Below are positions 51,211 through 63,799 of a stretch of 64,000 nt of DNA, piece after piece. The notes beneath the pieces were generated by a model that had not been told where the DNA came from, did no database searches, and saw nothing but the letters and a program-made list of their open reading frames with translations. The stretch is from Convolutriloba macropyga. Lineage: Eukaryota. Position numbers and translations under genes: made by a program. The DNA is taken from contig NC_134473.1 of NCBI RefSeq assembly GCF_964194025.1, positions 58,900,001 through 58,964,000 of the forward strand. Direction: 5' to 3'. The stretch's first letter is position 1. Every line of letters begins with the position of its first letter.

Positions 51211-51317
51211 CAATGAGTCTGCGTAGTATGTTTGAGGAGTGAATATGCTTCACAGCTGTCATGAGAGCAGTAGATCCATCTGTCTGCTGTTGATTCAACA
51301 TGTCACGTGTCGACACT
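51211..51317 (-). CDS. Notch: Notch exon, ankyrin repeat 4
   Basis: VSTRDMLNQQQTDGSTALMTAVKHIHSSNILRRLI; CAG/GTAAGC, phase 2-1. Confidence 0.9.
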
Positions 51318-51662
51318 CTGCAACAGATCAATCATTCACTTTATATCATCCACACAGGACATGAACATCTCTCAAAACTACGAGACAGAACCTCTGCCTA
51401 ATAAAGTGTTACATTTGGTTCATTTCAACTCTTTAATTCCACGAAACGTATTGTATTTTAAAAACATGTAGAAAGGTCCTTACACTGCGGGCTTTGCCGA
51501 TGAAGGAACAATTGCTAATTATATCATGCTTTTGTCCTTCAACGCCAAATCCATAAATTTGCGCTGGCTCGTAATGAAACATTTTTCGCGCTTGATACCA
51601 GAGGTTTTCCAGAACTAGTTTGCCAATAGAACCACAGATCCTTTTTATAAACAAAAAAAATC

Positions 51663-54600
51663 AAACAGCCGGCCGATTGCCGGAATACCTGCGAAATAGA
51701 CTTGCGTGGCGTATAATATAGATAGAAACAGATAGATTTAAATTGAAAATTTTATCGAGGCCGCTCAAAATGCTATGTAAAAAAACATTCACCGATAAAT
51801 TAATAGAGCTTGCTAAAATTCATTCCGCAGAACACTTTCATTACGGACCTTTATTACACATATGAGCTCCTTTGACCTTAAACTAATTCAAATTTAATTC
51901 AAGTTTTAAAGTTCAATGAATTTTATTGAGTGAGGTAAGTAACGTATGATCAAAATCTAATCCCGCAAATGATCTTAAAACCTTTACAATAGAGACTGAG
52001 AAATGACGTCACGCATGCATTAGTGAGAGTAAGACGTCGTTCAGAAAATTTGACTTTTTCAGCTGTGCGATGTGAGCAAATTAAAACAAACCTAGCCGGA
52101 AGAATTCCGGAAGCGACTCGAAGCGTCAAAGTTTCACAAAAAACCGTAATTGCAGCTGATACCATAACCTATTGTATTTAACCATCAACTCTTCACCTCA
52201 CCTTGTTTGATCTTGAAAGATTGCTGAAGTTTAAACCGAAGTCACCACGAGAAAAAGTATTTGGTAACGTACAAAATTGTCCAATATTCTTAGGACGCGC
52301 AAAATACTAATAAGCTGGAAAACTGGTAGCACAAAAAATTGGCATGAAATAACTCATGATGCTGGTCTTGAAATAGAACTCCGCAACCATCCGTAATACC
52401 TAAAATCACATTTTGAAAACATAAGGCAGAAAAACATCTTGGAAACTAAAAATTTCAAAGAAAAACGAAATGAAAAACAAAGACTCAAAAAACACTACAT
52501 TTAGTTTCCAAATCACTGCAACTGAGACCAAAATGAGATTATCTTCTTCATTGTTGTAGATATGAAACGAAAGGCAATGAATTCAGACTATTTCAAACTT
52601 AAATTGATCAAAGAAAGAAACAAAAGCGAAAGAATATTTGAAGGAAAAAAAGTTCAAAACGAACCAAAACCTCCAAAAAATTGAAAGTAGTTCTCAGTAA
52701 AAAATTTTCACATAAGATTTCAAGCAAAATCTCACTGCAGCATTCTGTTAAATGAAATCAATTGCAAACTAAAGGTGACAAAATCCTAAGAAAATGGAAT
52801 CGTAAAAATTTTTAACAACTGAAAAAAAAAACAAAACGAATAAAATAGGAGATAGGGGAATGCTAAAATGATACGTGCTAGAATGTAAAGAATATAGAGA
52901 GAATGAAAGAAACACAAACAGACTACTTCTTAATTCTTTGAAAGTTAAAAATCAAAATTAAAAGAAAAAATGGATCAAACAGTTACAATTCGAAATTTAG
53001 CATTCTAGACTGAGAATAAACCAAGAGCCGTCCTCCTGTACATATAAACAAAACTCAAAGATTGGAAACGTTGAAATAATTGGCAAAAAAAGGCAAAATA
53101 ATTTTTAAAACTGCATTTATGAAAAAATTTTGGCTGCATTAAAAAATGAATGCCAAAAAACAAATGAATTATTAATAAAACAAAATTAAAATCCCTGATG
53201 TTCAAAAAAGACTAGTTTCCAGCAAATTAAACCAAAATACAAAGAGCTGAGAAAAATTGAAAACCAGCAAAATCGGAGAAGCATATTTTTTTAAAAAAAT
53301 TCAAAATTACCTTGCGGTGGAAAGAGGCATTTAGTATATGAATAATCAATGGCAAGTTGCCATACAACCTGTTTTTTAAAATAAAAACACGGCTTAAATA
53401 TCAAAAACATTAATGGAAAAAGCCAGAAAGTAATTTTGAACGTGAAACGAATTATTAGAGTCTGCAAAGCACTGTGCTAAAAACTTTCGAGGTCTACATT
53501 TCAATATGACGTCGAATGAAAATTAACTGCCACAAGATATACAAGCCGGAAAGGGCCAATTGGACGAAAAAAAGGCTGCTAAAAACCCTGATCTTTACGT
53601 GCGATGCTGTTAAAAACATTTTAAAAATCGAAGGCATTGATTGAACGCAGAGCCATAATCAAAAACTTCCAACGCTCAGAAAAAATTAGTTCACCACAGC
53701 ATATTACTCACTTTCGCTCTTAGGTCAATTCGCCGTCCGAACGAATAGTACTTCCGGTAAAACATCTTAAGAATAAAAAAACTCCTCTTTCAGTCGTAAA
53801 AAGAGTGTCAGACGACGAAACAAAAAGCATAGCCGGAAGAACTCAGGAAACGACTCGAAGTCGTATCCACCGAAAAAGCTTTTTCAAACGGCTACTATCT
53901 CCGTGCACAACACATTCATCCAGAGAAAACAATCTTAAGTCAAACAACAAAAGAAAATTTCGGCAATAAACATAAATTTAGGAAAATTCAATTTAATTTT
54001 TCATTTCATGCAGTACAAGTACACATACAAACGACAAAAGCTGCTTCAGGCAAAGAAACTACTTCTCCAGCCACAACATATCAGCCAAGCCTTCATGAAC
54101 TCACAAACATCTCTAATTTTGAAAAGGAAAAAATTATGTCAAATTGCTTAGGAGACGATTTTGTAGCAAAAGAAACTTGTATCCTTTCTACTAAAAAGAA
54201 CCTACAGTCATGAGACTTTCAGTCAATTATCAATAGATTCAATAAACCGATACAATGGCCCAAAAATCGCAAAAAGTCCTGAAGTTCAGCAAATTAGTTC
54301 CAAATAAACTTTCCAATCAATCACCAAAAAGACAAAAGAAACAGGATATACAGGCAAAAACGTTCAAAATCCAAGCTAAGGCACCAATACTACTCGCAGA
54401 AAGTAATTATCAGTCAAAATGTTCAATTGGCATTTCAAGGAAATTCTCAGTTCCGCACTATGTCAAATGAAATTACAAAAAAATCTAAAAAGTCTAAAAC
54501 CTTTACTGTTTACAACTGATAAAAGCAGAGCTGATAAGAACTATAGGTCTCAGGAAAATGATAATCTGATGCATTCTAGAATGCGGAGAGTAAGGACAGA

Positions 54601-55530
54601 AGCAGAAAGATTTGTTCTTAACTATTGAAAGTTAAAACTCAAATTTAAAAAAATATGAAGTAGACAAACAATTACATTTTTTAGTATGAAATTATAAAGC
54701 AATCCTCCGGCAAAAATTAAAATTTAGAAACATAGTTCAAATACTGGAAACAAAACTATTTGCAAAAAACTTATGAAAAAAATCTCGCCGAAACTCAGAT
54801 ACAAAACTTCACAAATTTATTCGATTATTAGTAAACGTAAATTAGTATCCCTGACAGTGCATAAAAACACTTTGTAGTAATTAGATCTAAAAAACGGACA
54901 AAACTGAGAAAAATTGGATAAAAAACTGCAAAAATCGGGCAAGCATATTTACAATTCAATGATATAATTCACGTTATAAAGATGCATTCAATGCATGATA
55001 CATCAAAGTTAAATTGCCATATGCACTGATTTTTTAAAAAAAGAAATCAGCTGTAAGATCAAAAATTGAAGACAATCATTTTTTAAAAAAAGAACCAAGC
55101 TGAATTAAAAAGAAATTGGGAAATATGTGCTCATTTAGATATCAAAACGCATCATCAGACTCTCAAAAACACTGGTATCAATTTCGTAGGTTCCCATATT
55201 AATATAGCTTCTATTAAAAACTATTTCTACAAAAAAATTGGACGAAAAAACGGGCAAAAATGGTTATCAGTATGCGGCATTCTGTCAAAAAATACTTTTT
55301 AAAGTCAAAAAGTCATTAACAGATCGACGCTCATGATCAAAAAACTTCTCTCGCTCAGACATAATTAGTTTACATGGCAATTTTACTCTTTCGCTTTTAG
55401 GTCAATACGCCCTCTGAACGAATAGTACTTCCGGTTAAAAAAAACCTTAAGAAAATCAATACTCCTCTGCGAGTCGTAAAAACCAAGAGCGCCGCAATAT
55501 AGCTCCACTGAGCTTACACCTTCGCAGCTA
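51663..55530 (-). mobile_element. HINE-A copy carrying two HINE-B insertions (about 52091-53797 and 53828-55477)
   Basis: A ends at 51663 and 55530; B ends TAGCCGGAAGAATTCCGGAAGCGACTCGAA and CTCCTCT..(G)AGTCGT; A sequence GAGTGTCAGACGACGAAAC lies between the two B copies. Confidence 0.72.
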
Positions 55531-55876
55531 AAAACAATAAATCACAAACTGTCTTTTAATCTACTTCAAATCACCTTTTATATTACTCAGTGAACTTAAA
55601 TCTGCAGCAAAGAGCCACATAACGGCGTCTTTATAGATTATTATACCTTAGCATAATTGTACTATCACTGACCCTCGCAGAGGTTCTTCAAAAATTTGGC
55701 TATTGCCTGACCTCTCAAACTCATTCTTGCTTTTCAGTTGATTAATATTCAGTTGGCTCCTCTCTACTTGCATTGGTAACTAATTGTATAGCCTAATAAA
55801 AGGTGAAGATATTAAAGCAATTAGAGCTGGGGATATTGAGGAAGGTGATGTAATAAGAGTGGTTCATTAACCATAC

Positions 55877-56042
55877 CGGCATATTAATTCGAACACCCTC
55901 TCGTCAGCTGTGGCAGCAGCTACCATGATTGCATTGCGATTGTTGATGTCTCCGATGGATAGATCAATGGAGGGTGACTGCAACAGAATCTGCACTGACT
56001 CCAAGTCCGTTAACAAGATAGCCTGATGCAACACTGTCTCGT
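55877..56042 (-). CDS. Notch: Notch exon, ankyrin repeats 2-3
   Basis: ETVLHQAILLTDLESVQILLQSPSIDLSIGDINNRNAIMVAAATADERVFELICR; TAG/GTATGG, phase 1-2. Confidence 0.9.
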
Positions 56043-56487
56043 CTAAAAGGACAACTAGCTTGCTTAGTTGAATGATTTATAAACTAAATAAAACGCAAGT
56101 AAAATTTACAGCGCTTATGTGTAGTAGGCCACACTGTGGTGTTAAAAGATGAGGGGGGGGGGGGGGGGGGGTATGCTATATTTTGACACTACAGGAAATC
56201 GCGACCCACTCAAATGGTTAATTGTCTGCATTGCCTTTCTCAACCCCCCCCCCCCCCTCAACTCGGCAACTCGGTGGTGACATCAGTGTCGTCAACTGCC
56301 TTTATGGTGTCTCAATTAGAGATCATTTTCAAAGGTAGTAAGCTCTACTGTTCAAACTTAGAGCTGATTCCGACCAGAGAGATCAGCACAAGCACTAATA
56401 ATTAAAGCTCACCCCAAATGAATTCCTTCAAGAAATTAAAAAAGACCTATTGTTATAGAGAGCCTGAGTTGTATATAACAGACTTAC

Positions 56488-56623
56488 GTCTGGAGAGTGT
56501 TTGGGTGTTCATGTCGTATCCCTCTTTGACAAGTGAGAGCAGAGTCTGTCGCTTGACATCCGGATCTCTGTTCTTCAGCACCAGCATTGCAGATGTAGTG
56601 TTGTCTGCACCAGCCACCAACAC
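56488..56623 (-). CDS. Notch: Notch exon, ankyrin repeat 1
   Basis: VLVAGADNTTSAMLVLKNRDPDVKRQTLLSLVKEGYDMNTQTLSR; CAG/GTAAGT, phase 0-1. Confidence 0.85.
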
Positions 56624-56696
56624 CTGAAAAAACACTCTCTTACATTTTACACAACACTTTTACAAGTGACTTTATGTTATAACTCTTCATGCGTTG

Positions 56697-59600
56697 AACA
56701 TAGCCGGCAGATTACCTGAACAGCTGCGAAAGACTTGCGTGTCGTACAAAACGATATAAACAGATGAAAAAGAAATCGGCGCCTCTTAAGAACTATGAAA
56801 ATATTTTCAGCGATGAACTCATATGGCTTGTTCAATTTGAACGCAAACAAATTCAATAAAAATTTCAGTTTTTAAAGTACAAGAATCGTTTTATTGAGTG
56901 AGGTAAGTCACCAATGATCAAAATCACCACAGGCGGGGCAATTTAATTCACAGTTAGCTGATTTTGAAGAACCATTTTGGATGCAAAAATTTCCAAAAAG
57001 GAGCGGTTTGAACCCGCTATCTCCCTGGTAAAAGTAAGCTTCCAGCTTCCGCAAGGACTCAGCGATAATGCCATTTGACACTCCAATTAATATCACCCAA
57101 AAAAGATCAAGCGCAAAAAAGTAGCGGAAGAACAAATGTAAAACAAAAAAATTGAGCGTCAGATGACGAAACAAAAAAACCTAGCCGTGCGAATTCCGGA
57201 TGCGACTCAAAGCGTCGGACCTTCATAAACAAAACCGTAAATACAGCCAAAAAAACCTTTTGTCTAAAACAAATTGTTCTTTTCCTCGCCAGAGTTAACA
57301 ATATCTGGTAAAGTTAACCATGACGTAACGAGAAAAATGTAAGAATTGACATCACTGAAGCAAGAAAAACAATTAATACGTCATTCAGAAACATAAAACC
57401 ACGCCGCACAAATTCAAATCCTGAGATATAATTTTTACAAAGAAAACTACTGTGAAATCTTAAAACTTTGTTATATTAGAAACATCTGGTAACACTAAAC
57501 ATAGCCGGCAGATTGCCGGAATAGCTGCGAAAGAATAGACCTGCATGCCATATAATAAAGATAGAAACAGATATAGATCTAAATTGAAAAAAAAAATCGA
57601 CGCCGCTAAAAAAACTAGGCTAAAAAACATTCGGCGATAAATCAATAAAGCTTGTTAAAATTCATTCCACAGAAGCCTCTTATTAGGGACCTTTACTGCA
57701 CATATGAGTTCCTTTGAGCTTAAACAAATTCAAATTAAACCTAAGTTTTAAAGTGCAAAAGTCATTTTATTGAGTGAGGTAAGTCACGTATGATCAAAAT
57801 CTAATCACGCAAATAACCTAAAAACTTTTGCTAAAGCGAGTGAGAAATGACGTCACGCGCGCAAATGCCGTTAGTGAGAGGAAGAAGTCATTCAGAAAAT
57901 TTGACTTTTTCAGCTTTGCTGTGTGAACAAATGTAAAACGAAAAAAGAGCGTCAGACGACGAAACAAAAAACATAGCCGGAAGAATTCCGGAAGCGACTC
58001 GAAGCGTCAAAACTTCACTAACAAAACCGCAATTGCAGCAGAAGCCACTACCTTTTGTATTAAACCATTAGCTCACTGCCTCTCAGGGTCTCTTCTAAAA
58101 ATTGGTTAAACTTGTCTAAAAACTGTCACCAAGAGAAACAAAATGAAGCAAAATTTCATATTTATGAAAACGTTTGGTTACGTTAAAAAATCTGAAATCA
58201 TTAAAATGGTCAAAAAACTGATAGTCTGAAAAACCTGACAAGGTTATCAATTGCCCTCAAAAAACTCATGATTCCAATCTGAAGATCGCGAAAGCAAACG
58301 GCAGATATATCTTAGAAACTAAGTTAAATCTTTTCAAAAAAGAAAGCTCAAATTTCAGAATCAGAAAACACCTATATTTACACTTCTAATCACTGCAATT
58401 AAGACCAAAAACAACACACACTTGTTCCTTGTTGTACATATGCTGGACAACAAGATTTCATACTAATTCAGAAATTTAATTGATCATTGAAAAGACATAA
58501 GCAGCAGAAGAGTATACAAAGGGAAAAAATCGTTCAAATTAAAACCCAAGCGGGAAGTTGCAGTAAAAAGTCATAAAAGGAAGTTATGGAAAAGGCTTAA
58601 CATCAATCTGTCAGTACTGCCTTATGAATGAAATCAATTGCAAACCAAAGAAATGACGAAAATCTAAGAAAACGCGGAAATCATTCATTTTTAACAACTG
58701 AGAAAATCAATATACCAAAAATAAATGTAGGTACCAGAACAAAGCTAGAATGATACTAACTAAAATGTGAAGAATATGTGCACAATGTAAAGAACACCGC
58801 AACCAAAAATCATGATTTTTGAAAGTTAAAAATCAATTTCAAAAATTCAAGAAAAACGAATACATTTCATTGTTCAGCATTCAAGAAATAGAAAAGATAA
58901 CTGGTCATCCGATACAAAGATCTATCCTCCTGAAGAGAACAAAAAAAGGAAAAAGCAGAATTCACAAATACGAAACATTGAAACATTTTGCAAAAAAAAT
59001 GGTCAAAAAAATTTTTAAGACTGCATTTATGAAAAATTTGTAACCGTTTTTCAAAAACTTAACACCAAAAAACGATTGAATTTTTATTGAAACGAAATTG
59101 AAGTCCCTCATGTTGCACAAAAAGACTATTTCTAGCAGTTACAACCAAAATACAAACCAAAAACTGACGAAAATCGGAAAAAAACTACAAAAATCGGATT
59201 AGCATAAGTACAATTTTATAGAACAAAATTACATCGAGGTAGAAAGAGGCGTTGAGTATATGAAATATCAAAAAGAAGCTGCCATATTAACTGATTTTTG
59301 ACAAAAAGACGGTTAAAAGATCCAAAAGTGAAGAAATTAATAGAAAAAAAACCAAATATTAACTAAAAAATCAAGAAATATGTGCCAATTTTCAACTTGA
59401 AACGCATTTTCAGGCTCTGCAAAACACTGTGTCATCAATTTCCGAGGTTGACATTTCCAAATAGTATCAAAACCAATTTATCTCTACACGAAACCAAATT
59501 AAAAGCAAAAAAATTGGGCCACTTAGACGAAAAAACGGCTAAAAACGGTTATCTATATGTGCCATTCAGTCAAAAACTACTTTTCAAAGTCAAAAAGTCA

Positions 59601-62600
59601 TTCACTAAACGCAGCGCATGATCAAAAACCTTCTCTCGCTTAGCAAAAAACTGTTCACCAAGACAGTTTTTCTCATTTTCGCTTTTAGGTCAAAATGCCG
59701 CGTGAACAAATCTACTTCCTGTAAAAAACATAGCCGGAAGAATTCCGGAAGCGACTCGAAGCACCAAAACTTCATGAAAAGCTGAAGCCATTACCTTTTG
59801 TATTAAACTATTAACTCATTACCTCCCCGAGTCTGATCTAAAAACCGGTGAAATTTAAACCACTGTCAACAAGAGAAAGAAAATGCAGCAAAATTTTATT
59901 ATTGAAAACGTTTGGTAACGTTAAAAAAGTCTGAAATTTTTAGGATGGTCAAAAAACTGATAGCCTGACAAAGCTGACAGGGCCATCAATTGCCCTCAGA
60001 TAACTAATGATTCTAATCTCAAAAAGATGGCGAAAGCAAACGGCAGATAAAAACTTTTCAAAAAAGACAGGAAAGTCAAAATTATTCAAAAAAGAGTGCT
60101 CAAACTTAAGAATCAGAGAACCACTACAATTAGATTTCTAATCACGGCAACTAGGACAAAAATAATATATGATTCTTCCTTGTTGTATATATGCTAGACA
60201 ACATGATTTCATACTAATTCAAAAATTAAATTAATCATAGAAAAACAAAAGCAACAGAATAATATTCAAAAGCAAAAAATCGTCTCAAAACAATACCAAG
60301 CCCGGAAGAAAATTGCAATGAATAGTAATAAGTAGAAATGTTGGAAAAGACTTTCTAGCAAAGTCCCAGTACTGCCTTATTTTGAATTAAATCAATTGCA
60401 AACCGAAGAAACCAAGATCTAAGAAAAAGCTGAATTCATTCAATTTTTTAACAACTGAAAAATCAATATAACGAATATAAAAGTAGGTGCCAGGACAAAA
60501 CTAGAATGATACAAACGAAAATGTGAAGAATATGGACACAATGTTAGGAACACCGTAACAAAAAGACCAATTCTTGATTTTTGAAAGTTAAAAATCAAAT
60601 TTAAAAAAATCAACAAAAACGAGTACATTTCATTGATCAGCATTCGAGACATAGAAAAGACAAAAAGTCATTTGAGACAAAAATCCAACTTGCTGAACAG
60701 AATGAAACAAGAAAAAGCAGAATTCAGACATACGAAACAATGAAACATTTTGCAAAAGTGGTCAAAAAATACTTAAGACTGCATTTATGAAAAAAAATTA
60801 TCTGTTTTTTCAAAAACATAACACCAAAAAACGATTGAATTCTTATTGAAACAAAACTAAAGTCCATCATGTTCTCCAAAATACTATTTCTAGTAATTAA
60901 AAGCAAAATACAAACAAAAAAACTGAAAAAAATTGGCAAAAAACTACGAAAATCGGATTAGCAAATGTACAATTTTATGAAACAAAATTACATCGAGGTA
61001 GAAGGAGGCGTTGAGTATATGAATTATCAGAGGGAAGTTGCCATATTAACTGATTTTTGACAAAAAACAGCTAAAAAATCCAAAAATGAGGAAATTAATA
61101 GAAAAAAAGCCAAAAATTAACTAAAAATCAAGAAATATGTGCCAATTTCGCATTTGAAACGCAATTTCAGGCTACACAAAATACTGTGCTATCAATTTCC
61201 GGGGTTTAAAATTCAACATAGCATCGATTAAAAATTATTTCTACAAAAAACCAAATTACAAGCAAAAAAACTAGGCCACTTAGACGAAAAAACGGCTAAA
61301 AACGGTTATCTATATGTGCCATTCAGTCAAAAACTACTTTTCAATGTCAAAAAGTCATTCACTAAACGCAGCGCATGATCAAAAAACTTCTCTCGCTTAG
61401 CGAAAATCTGTTCACTAAGACAGCTTTTCTCACTTTCGCTTTTAGGTCAAAATGCCGCGTGAACAAATCTACTTCCTGTAAAAAAAAAACATAGCCGGAA
61501 GAAATCCGGAAGCGACTCGAATCACCAAAACTTCACAAAAAGCTGAAGCCATTACCTTTTGTATTAAACTATTAACTCATTACCTCCCCGAGTCTGATCT
61601 AAAAACCGGTGAAATTTAAACCACTGTCAACAAGAGAAAGAAAATGCAGCAAAATTTTATTATTGAAAACGTTTGGTAACGTTAAAAAAGTCTGAAATTT
61701 TTAGGATGGTCGAAAAGCTGATAGCCTGACAAAGCTGACAGGGCCATCAATTGCCCTCAGATAATTATTGATTCTAATCTCAAAAAGATCGCGAAAGCAA
61801 ACGTCAGATAAAAACTTTTCAAAAAAGACAGGAAAGTCAAAATAATTCAAAAAAGAGTGCTCAAACTTAAGAATCAGAGAACCACTACAATTAGATTTCT
61901 AATCACGGCAATTAAGACAAAATTAATACATGATTCTTCCTTGTTGTATATATGCTAGACAACATGATTTCATACTAATTCAAAAGTTAAATTAATCATA
62001 GAAAAACAAAAGCAACAGAATAATATTCAAAGGCAAAAAATCGTCTAAAAACAATACCAAGTCCGGAAGAAAATTGCAATGAATAGGAATAAGTAGAAAT
62101 GTTGGAAAAGACTTTCTAGCAAACTCCCAGTACTGCTTTATTTTGAATTAAATCAATTGCAAACCGAAGAAACCAAGATCTAAGAAAAAGCTGAATTCAT
62201 TCAATTTTTTAACAACTGAAAAAATCAATAAAACGAATATAAAAGTAGGTGCCAGGACAAAACTAGAATGATACAAACGAGAATGTGAAGAATATGGACA
62301 CAATGTTAGGAACACCGTAACAAAAAGTCCAATTCTTGATTTTTGAAAGTTAAAAATCAAATTTAAAAAAATCAAGAAAAACGAGTACATTTCATTGATC
62401 AGCATTCGAGACATAGAAAAGACAAGGAGTCATTCCAGACAAAAATCCAACTTGCTCAAGAGAATAAAACCAGAAAAAGCAAAATTCAGACATGCGAAAC
62501 ATTGAAACATTTTGCAAAAAAGTGGTCAAAAAATATTTAAGACTGCATTTATGAAAAAAATTTATCTGTTTTTTCAAAAACTTAACACCAAAAAATGATA

Positions 62601-63508
62601 GCATTTTCATTGAAACGAAATTAAAGTCCCTCGTGTTCCCCAAAATACTATTTCTAGTAATTAAAAGCAAAATACAAACAAAAAACTGAAAAAATTGGCA
62701 AAAAACTACGAAAATCGGATTAGCAAATGTACAATTTTATGAAACAAAATTACATCGAGGTAGAAAGAGGCATTGAGTATATGAATTATCAAAGGGAAGT
62801 TGCCATATTAACTGATTTTTGACAAAAAAACAGATAAAAGATCCAAAAATGAAGAAATTAATAGAAAAAAAAGCCAAAAATTAACTAAAAAATCAAGAAA
62901 TATGTGCCAATTTCGCATTTGAAACGCAATTTCAGGCTATGCAAAATACTGTGCTATCAATTTCCGGGGTTTACATTTCAACATAGCATCGATTAAAAAT
63001 TATTTATACAAAAAACCAAATTACAAGCAAAAAAACTAGGCCACTTAGACGAAAAAACGGTTAAAAACGGTTATCTATATGTGTCATTCAGTCAAAAACT
63101 ACTTTTCAATATCAAAAAGTCATTCACTAAACTCAGCGCATGATCAAAAAATTTCTCTCGCTCAGAAAAAATTAGTTCACACTGCAATTTTACTCGCTTT
63201 CGCTTTTAGGTCAAAACATCGTCTGAACGAATAGTACTTCCGGTAAAAAAAAAAACCTTAAGAAAACCAATACTCCTCTTCGAGTCGTAAAAACCGAGAG
63301 AAAACCAATACTCCTCTTCGAGTCGTAAAAAGACCGAGAGAAAACCAATACTCCTCTTCGAGTCGTAAAAAAACCAAGAGCACCGCAATATAGCTACGCT
63401 CAGCTTACAGCTATAAAAATCTAAAAATGATAATACCCCTCTTCGAGTAAAAAAACCAAGAGTAACGCAATATAACTAGACTAAAAATATCACAGCTACT
63501 TAGCTATA
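56697..63508 (-). mobile_element. Nested HINE complex A[B[A[B-B-B]]]
   Basis: Old A end 56697, old B end 57180, young A end 57497, B units at 57971, 59728 and 61489 (period ~1.76 kb), young A far end 63414, degenerate B and A far ends 63432-63508. Confidence 0.72.
63261..63370. repeat. Three tandem copies of the ~39-bp HINE-B terminus
   Basis: AGAAAACCAATACTCCTCTTCGAGTCGTAAAAA x3. Confidence 0.9.
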
Positions 63509-63799
63509 CAAATTGTGCAAATATGTAATCATCATGGGTCTCACCTCGCACTATATTTTCATGAATGATTCTGGAATTTTCATCGTTTAATGAACATTCC
63601 TCTCCCAGAAATGTTATCATGCAAGATCTAATAAAACACCTTTAAAATTATGATTTAACATCTGGTTGAAACATAATTGGCTGGACGTATCAATGATCGC
63701 TAAAAGTTCGGTTTAAGAGCATGTTTTGCAAAACTTCGGATCACATTTCCTCCGATTTTTTCATGAATTTATCATTTGCTTCGCTCAGACCATACGAAC

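Noticed and set aside
56995-57075. tRNA or tRNA-derived SINE (GGTTCAAACC B-box-like on minus strand)
   Set aside because: No A-box or cloverleaf found; the motif alone is insufficient.
63261-63370. CRISPR-like repeats
   Set aside because: Spacers are tiny and near-identical, there are no cas genes, and the context is a eukaryotic intron; these are transposon termini.
63545-63627. Possible extra Notch exon (TAG...GAG/GTGAGA)
   Set aside because: Its only open frame needs phase 2-1 junctions, whereas the flanking exons join directly in phase 0.
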